The position numbers and the translations under genes are program-made. The notes below the pieces were generated by a model that did no database searches, was not told where the DNA came from, and saw only the letters and a program-made list of their open reading frames with translations. Positions 36,095 through 44,464 of a stretch of DNA of 56,624 nucleotides are shown piece after piece (within the stretch, counting starts at the first letter, position 1; every line of letters starts with the position of its first letter). This DNA is from a virus (taxonomy: Duplodnaviria > Caudoviricetes). The DNA is taken from positions 1 through 56,624 of IMG/VR virus record IMGVR_UViG_3300032250_000366; one strand, written 5' to 3'.

Positions 36095-36169
36095 GGGGAT
36101 ATAGCTTAATCTGGTTAAAGCACTTGTCTTATATACAATAGATTCTGGGTTCAAATCCCAGTATCCCTA
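36095..36169 (+). tRNA. tRNA-Ile(UAU)
   Basis: Acceptor GGGGATA/TATCCCT; (C)TTGT-CTTATAT-ACAA(T); GGTTCAAATCC. Confidence 0.85.
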
Positions 36170-36195
36170 CAAATTACAAGAGGTATAATTAAAGT

Positions 36196-36861
36196 ATGAA
36201 AAACGTATACATGATCAGTGATTGTCATCTATCAAGAGCAATTGAACATTACTATCCAGAAAAGCACGATGTAACATTTATACCTTGGCCTAAAGCTGCT
36301 AAAAAGATGTATGGGTTTAGTGTTGAACAAATGCGGGAGGAAGACGAAATGTCTTCTGGAGTAGAAATTGCTAGAACTGTAAATCATATGCCACAACCAT
36401 TCTCAGTAATCAAAGATGATGGAGTATTAGCGCTATGGATGGGATATGTTGATACTAGAACATTCTTACCTCATTATAAGAATGCAGACAAGGTAGTCAA
36501 AAAATTTATCGATAATATAAAGCTAAATTTTCCTAATTCTCGTGTTGTGATTATAGAGCCATTGCCTCAGTTTACTGAGATGCTGCTAAAGCATGAAGGA
36601 ATTAGTCCTTACTACACACATGAGCAGCGGATAGATCAGAATAGAGAGTTCTTGGCTGCATTACACAAGTATTCAAGTGAAGCGGGATTTGAAATAATTA
36701 TTACTCAGCAAGATATCTTAGATACATTAGGAGTACCTGAGCTAACTCCATCTATGACACATACAGATGCTCCACATCCAGTAGATGGATTAAAGCCTGA
36801 GCATATGGAAAAGATCTGGAAGCTATTTGCAGATAAACTTAGTATAATTGCAGTTGACTAG
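36196..36861 (+). CDS. SGNH/GDSL-fold-like protein (degenerate catalytic motifs)
   Basis: YMISDCH (cf. GDSH), WMGYVD, VVIIEPLP, DGL near the C-terminus. Confidence 0.45.
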   Translation: MKNVYMISDCHLSRAIEHYYPEKHDVTFIPWPKAAKKMYGFSVEQMREEDEMSSGVEIARTVNHMPQPFSVIKDDGVLALWMGYVDTRTFLPHYKNADKVVKKFIDNIKLNFPNSRVVIIEPLPQFTEMLLKHEGISPYYTHEQRIDQNREFLAALHKYSSEAGFEIIITQQDILDTLGVPELTPSMTHTDAPHPVDGLKPEHMEKIWKLFADKLSIIAVD

Positions 36862-37278
36862 GATATATATGAAAAAGATTTATGCAGGATTATTCCTAAT
36901 TGCAACAGCAATCCTTACAGGAGCTATGTTGTCTTCATTTTTAAAATGGGCGGGGGATAAAGAGATCTTTGATCTCGATGACGAATATGACCTATAAGAA
37001 GTGGAAGATCTATATATTCCTAATAAGGTTCTCTTTGTCACTTATGAGTCTATTTATCGTCCTACTTGCTACTGGTAAAATTTAGAGTTTTATCGTAAAC
37101 AGCTTTTCTTGCCCTCTCCCGCCCTTGGGTAGGCAAATAGCCTAGTAAAGGCTTATAGAGCCTCTAGAGGCCTTATAAGGGGTATTTCATTAGAAATGGA
37201 TCAGCATAGATCTATATATTACAGTTGACTAGAATGTGTTCTTCTCGCCGACGCACTTTTTTTCGCACTATATGGCGA

Positions 37279-38127
37279 TTAATGCTCTTTAAATTCACCC
37301 ATGAATTTACTAGAAAGCTCTGGACCTTCTAGGCCAGAGGCCTGATACTTATGAATAAGCTCTCTGGTAAATTGTGGGTTTTCTTTTAGCGGTCTCATCC
37401 ATGTACCTATAAAAGCATCAAGTTCCATGGTATCCATATCTTTAAGCTGCTCGTAATACTCTGGTGATTTATAATTATAAAATGTTCCAGGGTTATCTTC
37501 TGCCTTCAAGACAAAGTTCGAAAATGCATATCTTCTTCCAGATGTAACTGGCATAACTCCATGGGCATGTGGATCAAAAGCACCATGAATAACAAGGTCG
37601 CCTCTTTCTGGTTTTATCGTTAGAGCATCTTCTCTTGAAATTCCGTCATTTCTGTTTCCATCTTTATCGATGTTTGCGTAAAAAATTTCTCCGCCTTCAA
37701 AATCACCAAAATATGCTACTAGACCATAATCCAGCTCGCAGCATGTTTTCCATACATCTACCTGAGACAATCTGTGGCATTCCCCTTTTCCAGGAGAATC
37801 AGAATGAGTAAACATGCCCTCATTCATTTCTGGAACAATCACAAGTACGTTTGCCTGTGGATGCATTACATACTCTGGGTATAATAATTCGCTAGCTTTT
37901 TCCCAAAGTGGGTGCAGCTCTCTAAGTGGAGGACTGACCTTATTGGCATACCAGTTTATTAAGGTGTCTGTGTAGTTTCCGCTAAGATCATATTCTTTTA
38001 ATGCGTCTTCTACCGTTTTGCACTCTTCATCTGTAAAAAATCCTTTATATATAAAGACGCCGCTTGGAGTACCATAGTCATCTGGGAAAAATGAAGCCTT
38101 GATACAATCTTCTCTGTCATAAAACAT
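37279..38127 (-). CDS. 2OG-Fe(II) oxygenase, P4H-like
   Basis: HSD...AYFGDFEGGEIFY...HGV...RRY. Confidence 0.85.
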   Translation of the reverse strand: MFYDREDCIKASFFPDDYGTPSGVFIYKGFFTDEECKTVEDALKEYDLSGNYTDTLINWYANKVSPPLRELHPLWEKASELLYPEYVMHPQANVLVIVPEMNEGMFTHSDSPGKGECHRLSQVDVWKTCCELDYGLVAYFGDFEGGEIFYANIDKDGNRNDGISREDALTIKPERGDLVIHGAFDPHAHGVMPVTSGRRYAFSNFVLKAEDNPGTFYNYKSPEYYEQLKDMDTMELDAFIGTWMRPLKENPQFTRELIHKYQASGLEGPELSSKFMGEFKEH

Positions 38128-38398
38128 TATTTTTTACCAATCCTCTTAAGTAGTTTTTCTAAAATAGATTCTTTTCTTTCGTGATTTTTCACTTTGCAGC
38201 TGCCGTCGCAGTTATGATTAAACTGTGGGCTAGCCATAAATTTAGCAAAATGATCACGGGCCATAGTAATTATATTATAGCATGCAAAACCCCTACAGAG
38301 GCGGATCCGTAGGGGTTATGTGCATTTTCATGCATACGCCAGGATTTACTCAACTAGCGTACTTCTATGGTATTAGATCTTTTGTAAAAAAGCAATAC

Positions 38399-38581
38399 CT
38401 AGAAAATATTTTTTTCAAACATTTTTTCTACAACCTGAGCCAACAAGAAATTTATAGATGCAGAATATTCTGCATTTTTAGCCTCTGCGTCCTGCTCAGA
38501 CATTCCGCTATTCATCATGGCCATCTTGTTAGCATTTTCAAATTCTGCTACCATGAAGGCAAATAGTTCTTCTTTATTCAT
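38399..38581 (-). CDS. hypothetical protein
   Basis: Start MNKEELF after AGGAG. Confidence 0.6.
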   Translation of the reverse strand: MNKEELFAFMVAEFENANKMAMMNSGMSEQDAEAKNAEYSASINFLLAQVVEKMFEKNIF

Positions 38582-38786
38582 TTTCTTCTCCTGGATTAAA
38601 AGATGGGACTGGGCCAAGCAAATATCCCGCCTGATGATATTCTATCATTTTTTCAACATCTTGTGAACCCACTACCTTATTTGCTATTAATGAAAGTAGG
38701 TCATAAATTCTATGAAGCATTATGTATGTAACCATAGGAAGGTTGTCTTCTAGGTTACTTGTTTCCGCCTTCTGGTCTTCCTGCAT
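38574..38786 (-). CDS. hypothetical protein
   Basis: ORF track. Confidence 0.6.
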   Translation of the reverse strand: MQEDQKAETSNLEDNLPMVTYIMLHRIYDLLSLIANKVVGSQDVEKMIEYHQAGYLLGPVPSFNPGEENE

Positions 38787-38845
38787 CTTCCCACCAAATT
38801 TCTCTACCCATAGAATCCGTTGCTGGAACTATGTATGATTCAAAT

Positions 38846-39061
38846 TCAATCTTTTGTTTGTCCATCTACCAATTCTACTATACTTTCGTACTTATTGATT
38901 CCCATAGTGTTTTTATAATCACACTCTAAACAATACAAATAGATTAAATCTTCTCCGTCGCCATTACATAAAAGAGAGCCTTGGTCCTGTGGGCATATAA
39001 GCTTAGGAACAAGGCCCTCTTCCGAAAGTTTAATGTAAGTAGACACATATTGTATCCTCAT
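38846..39061 (-). CDS. zinc-ribbon-like protein
   Basis: CPQD...CLEC. Confidence 0.6.
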   Translation of the reverse strand: MRIQYVSTYIKLSEEGLVPKLICPQDQGSLLCNGDGEDLIYLYCLECDYKNTMGINKYESIVELVDGQTKD

Positions 39062-39073
39062 TACACTCCCTTT

Positions 39074-39628
39074 CTAATTTGTCGGGAATTTTAAATAAAA
39101 TTCCTTTGCTCTTGGGGTTAAACCCTTCCAAGCTGTCCAATTTTCTCCGCCATTAGACATATGGTACGCTATCTCTGCATTTATAGTTGGGTCAAATAAT
39201 AGTACGTTTGACTTTAAATTAAATTTTTCTTTACGATCTGTGCCGAGTGAACCCAACATATTGATCTGAAAAATTCCGTAAGAACTGTCTCCAGTATTCC
39301 TGTTACCATTGTAAGCTAGTGGTCGTCCGTTGGACTCCCTCTTCGCAATGGCCCAAGCCGTTCTAAGGGCTTTACCTTCAAATCCTACTGCTGCCAGTAG
39401 TTCTTTCAACTCGATGTCTGAAAGCATTTCTGAAGGCTTATAAACAGTATTGCTGTACTTCTCTAAGGTTTCTTTCTTAAGTTGTACTTCTGTCTTTGGT
39501 TTTACTATTAGAGCTTGAGCTGGTGTTGCATGAACTGTGTTGGAAAACAAAAACATTACTGTAATTGCAATCGCAGCATATTGATGAACAATATCACTTA
39601 AGCTTTTCTTTATATTCTCCATTGGCAT
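39074..39628 (-). CDS. lysozyme-like / lytic transglycosylase with N-terminal signal-anchor
   Basis: AWAIAKRES (catalytic Glu), SYGIFQIN, NAEIAY...WTAW. Confidence 0.85.
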   Translation of the reverse strand: MPMENIKKSLSDIVHQYAAIAITVMFLFSNTVHATPAQALIVKPKTEVQLKKETLEKYSNTVYKPSEMLSDIELKELLAAVGFEGKALRTAWAIAKRESNGRPLAYNGNRNTGDSSYGIFQINMLGSLGTDRKEKFNLKSNVLLFDPTINAEIAYHMSNGGENWTAWKGLTPRAKEFYLKFPTN

Positions 39629-39731
39629 TTCCTCCTTTAGAGATAGCGAAGTATAATCATACCATTTGAATAAAGTTCATGTCAAATCATTTTTCTCTTG
39701 ACATAGAATATCTAAATAGTATACTTCCAAT

Positions 39732-39860
39732 AGGGGGGTCGGGGGGTCAGCAAATCAACAAAAATCAACATATATTATATATATGTATATAATAAGTATT
39801 ATATATTATAGTTAACTAAAAAACAACAATAAGAATAATTTTCTTTTCTTTTATAAAAAA
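39732..39860. other. AT-rich low-complexity spacer, candidate replication origin
   Basis: GGGGGGTC x2, AAATCAACA x2, long (TA)n stretch between divergent promoters upstream of RNR. Confidence 0.4.
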
Positions 39861-39924
39861 GTTTGATACACTTAGACTTCACTCAAAAAATAATCAATCC
39901 GTAAGGCGGAAGAAAAGGCGACAA

Positions 39925-41859
39925 ATGAAAAATACTATTGAAAATCCCTATGAAAACTTTATTGCACTATCAAGATATGCTAAATGGGTAGAAGCAGAAG
40001 GACGTAGAGAAACTTGGGGAGAAACAGTAGATAGATACTTTTCTTTCATGACGGACCACTTAGAAAAAAATCATAATTACATTCCAAATGAGAAGCTAGT
40101 TGCGGAATTAAAAGAGTTTGTATTTGAACGAAATGTAATGCCATCAATGAGATCTGTAATGACTTCAGGTGCCGCACTTGAAAGAGATAATGTCGCTGGA
40201 TACAACTGTGCTTTCTTGCCAGTAGATTCACCACGATCTTTTGATGAAACAATGTACGTATTAATGTGTGGAACTGGTGTTGGATTCTCAGTTGAATATA
40301 AATACATCAATAAGCTACCTGCAGTTCCAGAGAAGCTTGAAAAATCAGATACAGTTATTGTTGTTGAAGATTCAAAGCAAGGTTGGGCAAAGGCATACAG
40401 AGAACTCCTTGCATTACTTTGGACTGGGCACATTCCAGCAATTGATGTTACTAAAGTTAGACCAGCTGGAGCAAGACTTAAGACAATGGGTGGAAGATCA
40501 TCTGGTCCACAACCTTTAGTAAACCTTTTTGATTTTACTATTGCTAAATTTAAAAATGCGGCAGGCAGAAACCTAAAGCCGATTGAGTGTCACGACATAA
40601 TGTGTAAAATTGGAGAGGTTGTAGTTGTTGGTGGAGTTCGACGCTCTGCAATGATTTCTCTTTCTAACATAAACGATATTGAAATGGCTCAAGCAAAAGC
40701 TGGAAACTGGTGGGAAGGTAATACCCAACGTGCATTGTCTAACAACTCTGTTGCATATTCACGTAAGCCAGAAATGGAGCAGTTTATCGCAGAATGGAAG
40801 TCTCTTTACGATTCAAAGTCTGGTGAACGTGGCATTTACAATGTAGCTGCAGCTCAAGCACAGGCAGCAAAATTTGGGCGCAGAGATCCAGAGATTCACT
40901 ATGGAACAAACCCATGTTCTGAAATTATTCTTCGTCCGTATCAGTTTTGCAATCTTTCTGAAGTTGTTTTGCGTGAAGAAGATACTAAAAAAGATATTCA
41001 AAGAAAAGTAGAGCTGGCAACCATACTTGGAACCTGGCAATCAACACTTACAGACTTTAAGTATCTTAGAAAAATCTGGAAAGACAATACAGAAGAAGAA
41101 AGACTTCTTGGAGTATCTTTGACTGGACAATTTGGACATAAGTTTATGTCTGGCAAGCAAGATATTGTTGCTCTAGAGGCATTCTTAATGTCTATGCGTG
41201 ATAGAGCAAGAGAGGTTAACAAAGAAGAGGCAGGGAAAATTGGGATTCCTGAGTCTGCAGCTATTACATGTGTAAAGCCTTCTGGTACAGTTTCCCAATT
41301 GGTCGGGGTATCTTCAGGAATGCATCCATGGCATTCACCTTATTACATTCGCACTGTTCGTGGATCAAAGGGCGATCCAATTTCTACATTTTTAAAAGAA
41401 GTTGGAATCCCAGTAGAAGACGATGTAATGAAGCCAAACGAAACATATGTATTTTCATTTCCAGTAAAAGCGCCAGAGGGCGCAATTGTTAGAAATGATC
41501 TTACAGCTATTGATCACCTAAACATTTGGCTTGTTTATCAACGTGCATGGTGTGAGCACAAGCCTTCAATTACAGTTTCAGTAAAAGAAGATGAGTGGAT
41601 GGAAGTGGGAGCCTGGGTATATAAGAATTTTGATGAAGTGTCTGGAATTTCATTCCTCCCTCATTCAGAGCATACCTATAAGCAAGCTCCTTACCAAGAA
41701 GTCTCAAAAGAAGAATACGAAGAACTTCTTTCTAAGATGCCAGCAAATATTCGATGGGAAGATCTTTCGTTTTATGAGACAGAAGACGGAACTTCTCCAA
41801 CCGCTACCCTTGCTTGCAGCTCAGACGGTAATTGTGAGCTTGTAGATATATCTGCCTAA
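39925..41859 (+). CDS. nrdJ: class II (adenosylcobalamin-dependent) ribonucleotide reductase
   Basis: PSMR, YNCAF, GTGVGFSV, VGGVRRSA, TNPCSEI, CNLSE, TCVKPSGT, C-terminal C-x5-C; no beta subunit adjacent. Confidence 0.92.
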   Translation: MKNTIENPYENFIALSRYAKWVEAEGRRETWGETVDRYFSFMTDHLEKNHNYIPNEKLVAELKEFVFERNVMPSMRSVMTSGAALERDNVAGYNCAFLPVDSPRSFDETMYVLMCGTGVGFSVEYKYINKLPAVPEKLEKSDTVIVVEDSKQGWAKAYRELLALLWTGHIPAIDVTKVRPAGARLKTMGGRSSGPQPLVNLFDFTIAKFKNAAGRNLKPIECHDIMCKIGEVVVVGGVRRSAMISLSNINDIEMAQAKAGNWWEGNTQRALSNNSVAYSRKPEMEQFIAEWKSLYDSKSGERGIYNVAAAQAQAAKFGRRDPEIHYGTNPCSEIILRPYQFCNLSEVVLREEDTKKDIQRKVELATILGTWQSTLTDFKYLRKIWKDNTEEERLLGVSLTGQFGHKFMSGKQDIVALEAFLMSMRDRAREVNKEEAGKIGIPESAAITCVKPSGTVSQLVGVSSGMHPWHSPYYIRTVRGSKGDPISTFLKEVGIPVEDDVMKPNETYVFSFPVKAPEGAIVRNDLTAIDHLNIWLVYQRAWCEHKPSITVSVKEDEWMEVGAWVYKNFDEVSGISFLPHSEHTYKQAPYQEVSKEEYEELLSKMPANIRWEDLSFYETEDGTSPTATLACSSDGNCELVDISA

Positions 41860-41926
41860 TGGTAGAATTATAGTATTGGGTAAAACCAAAATTCATGGGC
41901 AATACCGCCCAAATGGAGATGATAAT

Positions 41927-42169
41927 ATGGCTATCAAAAAATTTGATAAAGCTGATTTAAATAAAGATGGGAAAGTAACAATGCAAGAGCAAATTTTAGC
42001 AGCAATTGGAACATACGGCAGAGCATTTTTAGCCGCAGCAACAGCTCTATATATGACTGGCAATACAAATCCAAAGGATTTAGTAGCAGCTGGAGTAGCA
42101 GCAGTTGCCCCAGTAATCCTAAAGGCTTTGAGCCCAAGCAATAAAGAATTTGGATTTACAAGCAAGTAA
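41927..42169 (+). CDS. small membrane protein, holin-like
   Basis: Start MAIKKFD after GGAG; DLNKDGKVT then two TM segments. Confidence 0.6.
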   Translation: MAIKKFDKADLNKDGKVTMQEQILAAIGTYGRAFLAAATALYMTGNTNPKDLVAAGVAAVAPVILKALSPSNKEFGFTSK

Positions 42170-42185
42170 TTATTAGTCAATTAGG

Positions 42186-42218
42186 AATACCCTTATGCTA
42201 AAATAGTGTAAGGGTATT
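42186..42218 (+). terminator. hairpin terminator whose stem-loop contains an extended -10
   Basis: AATACCCTTATGCTA-AAA-TAGTGTAAGGGTATT then T-tract; TGCTAAAAT inside. Confidence 0.65.
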
Positions 42219-42238
42219 TTCTTTTTAGGGGTAAAAAA

Positions 42239-42583
42239 ATGGCAGCTCAAAAAAATTTTCAAGTAGACGAGAACGCAACGTTTACCTTTGAAGTACAATA
42301 CCTAGATGAAGATAATGAACCAATTCAATTAAACCACCATACAGCAAAAATGCAAGTTAGAGACACTCAGGGTGGTAAAAAATTAGCATTTACATTAGAT
42401 CATACAGACGGAATCACTATAACACCCTCACTAGGAAAACTTTCGATTTCTGTTTCAGCCGAAAGAACTAAAAAGCTATTTTACCCAAAATCTGCATATG
42501 ATTTAGTTGTAATTGATCCAAGTGTAAATGTTACAAGATTGTTAGAAGGATATCTTACATTAAATAGGGCGGTGACACTATAA
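42239..42583 (+). CDS. tail/baseplate adaptor-like beta-sandwich protein
   Basis: ATFTFEV...AKMQVR...YDLVV...RLLEG-x-L pattern; first gene of tail cluster. Confidence 0.6.
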   Translation: MAAQKNFQVDENATFTFEVQYLDEDNEPIQLNHHTAKMQVRDTQGGKKLAFTLDHTDGITITPSLGKLSISVSAERTKKLFYPKSAYDLVVIDPSVNVTRLLEGYLTLNRAVTL

Positions 42584-43020
42584 TGGCAACCCGCCTAATT
42601 GTAACTGAAAACAATCCATTAGTAGTAGTAAGAGCTTCTGGTTCACCTGGAAGAACAATTATCAGCGGAGAAGGAAATCCAGCGAATTCACTTGGATCTC
42701 CAGGCGATTTTTATTTTGACACACTTACAACAAGGTTCTGGGGTCCAAAATCTTTATCCTCAGACTCTTGGAATGTTGAGGATAGCTTCATTCTTGATAA
42801 GCAAATATCATACATGTACTCTTGGGAAATGAGCCAAATTACTGGTCCAGTAAATGGAATATACTCTGTATCGATAACCCATAATTTGCAGTTCCACCCA
42901 AATGTGTCAGTAAAGTCCAGCTCTGGAGACTTGTTAGAAACTGGAATAGACTATAATAGTATTAACCAAATAACATTGACAATGGCCCAGCCATTTTCGG
43001 GGACAGCATACCTGTCCTAA
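42583..43020 (+). CDS. virion structural protein
   Basis: G-x2-GDFYFD...WGPK; ITHNL...P-x-VSV...FSGTAYL. Confidence 0.6.
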   Translation: MATRLIVTENNPLVVVRASGSPGRTIISGEGNPANSLGSPGDFYFDTLTTRFWGPKSLSSDSWNVEDSFILDKQISYMYSWEMSQITGPVNGIYSVSITHNLQFHPNVSVKSSSGDLLETGIDYNSINQITLTMAQPFSGTAYLS

Positions 43021-43034
43021 AAAGGAGATAAAAG

Positions 43035-44006
43035 ATGGCAAGAAAATTTTTAGTTAGCATTGATTTAAATAAAAATGAATTATTAAATGCTAGAATTCAA
43101 AACTTAGGTGCTGCACCATCAAGTCCAGTATCTGGTCAGATTTATTACAATTCACAAGATAACGTTATGTACTTCTGGAATGGTACAGAGTGGATTTCTA
43201 CATCTGGCTCACTGGAAGTTATTCAAGATGCTATTGGTTCATATGTAGAAGGCGGAGTTGGTTTAACAAAGTCTTATAACGACACAACTGGAACCACAAC
43301 AATAGATTTAGACGACACAGCAGTTACTGCTGGTAATTATGGTTCCGATACAAAGGTTCCTACATTTACAGTTGATGCACAAGGTAGATTAACAAATGCT
43401 GGAGAAGTAGATTTAATTATACCTCTTGATGAGCAAACAACTGGCGACTATGTAGCAACAATTGCTGGAACAGAAAATCAAGTTACTGTGTCTCCAAACA
43501 GCGGTCACAATGCTGCAGTAACAATTGGTTTACCAGACGATGTTGAGATTGTTGGTAACTTACAGGTTGGCGGAAACCTAAATGTTATCGGAACAGTTAA
43601 CTCTGTAAATACAACACAGATTAACATTGAAGATAACAAGGTAAAGCTTAACAGTGGATTTACTGGAACTCCCACTACAGATGCAGGAATTGTTGTAGAG
43701 CGTGGAACAGAATTAGACGCTGAGATTCTATGGAATGAAACATCAGATAAGTGGACGTTAACAAATAACGGAACAAATTATCATGCAATTGCTAGAAAGC
43801 ATGCTGAAACTTTAGGTACATCTTCAACATCTTATACAATAACACACAACCTGGGTACAACAGATGTTACTGTTCAGATATTTGAAGCTGCAACCCCATT
43901 TGCACAGGTTGAGGCAGATGTCCTTAGACCTAATGCTAACTCAGTAACTATTAATTTTGCATCCGCTCCATCAGCTGGAGAATACAGAGTAGTTGTAGTA
44001 GGCTAA
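43035..44006 (+). CDS. tail fibre-like protein
   Basis: APSSPVSGQIYYN, FTVDAQGRLT, TINIED-type motif, ITHNLGT C-terminal module. Confidence 0.65.
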   Translation: MARKFLVSIDLNKNELLNARIQNLGAAPSSPVSGQIYYNSQDNVMYFWNGTEWISTSGSLEVIQDAIGSYVEGGVGLTKSYNDTTGTTTIDLDDTAVTAGNYGSDTKVPTFTVDAQGRLTNAGEVDLIIPLDEQTTGDYVATIAGTENQVTVSPNSGHNAAVTIGLPDDVEIVGNLQVGGNLNVIGTVNSVNTTQINIEDNKVKLNSGFTGTPTTDAGIVVERGTELDAEILWNETSDKWTLTNNGTNYHAIARKHAETLGTSSTSYTITHNLGTTDVTVQIFEAATPFAQVEADVLRPNANSVTINFASAPSAGEYRVVVVG

Positions 44007-44008
44007 AC

Positions 44009-44464
44009 ATGTCTAGACAGATGCTGGTACCCTTAAGGCTATTAGCCTTGTCAACAGACCCAGCATTTGGGCAAGTAGGAGAAGTATATATAAATACTAC
44101 TACAAAAAACTTACGTGTTCACAATGGAACTACTTGGATAGAGCTTACTCCACCAAGCACAGATCCAACTCCATTCTATATGCATACGCATACATTTGAT
44201 GGAGACGTACATACAATAGATATACAAAATCAAATTGATTTCAAAAATCTTGATAACCCTAGTACACCAGGACTAGTTTTGCCTGAGATAGTTGGATATG
44301 ATGGAGGACTGCCAGGAAGCAACCTAAACAATCCTTCATTTATTGAAGAGAGCTTATTCGATGGCGGTCTTTTTGACGGAACACAAGAAATACAAGAAGA
44401 AGTTTTGGGAGGCGGAGGCTCAGAAGACTTTGAAGCACCATCACTTGACGGAGGAAATTCATAA
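44009..44464 (+). CDS. virion structural protein
   Basis: GEVYINT...W; DGG repeats. Confidence 0.55.
   Translation: MSRQMLVPLRLLALSTDPAFGQVGEVYINTTTKNLRVHNGTTWIELTPPSTDPTPFYMHTHTFDGDVHTIDIQNQIDFKNLDNPSTPGLVLPEIVGYDGGLPGSNLNNPSFIEESLFDGGLFDGTQEIQEEVLGGGGSEDFEAPSLDGGNS

Noticed and set aside
39925-41859. Intein or intron in the RNR; NrdR boxes upstream
   Set aside because: Continuous 644-aa ORF without splicing motifs; upstream AT-rich matches are too degenerate to call
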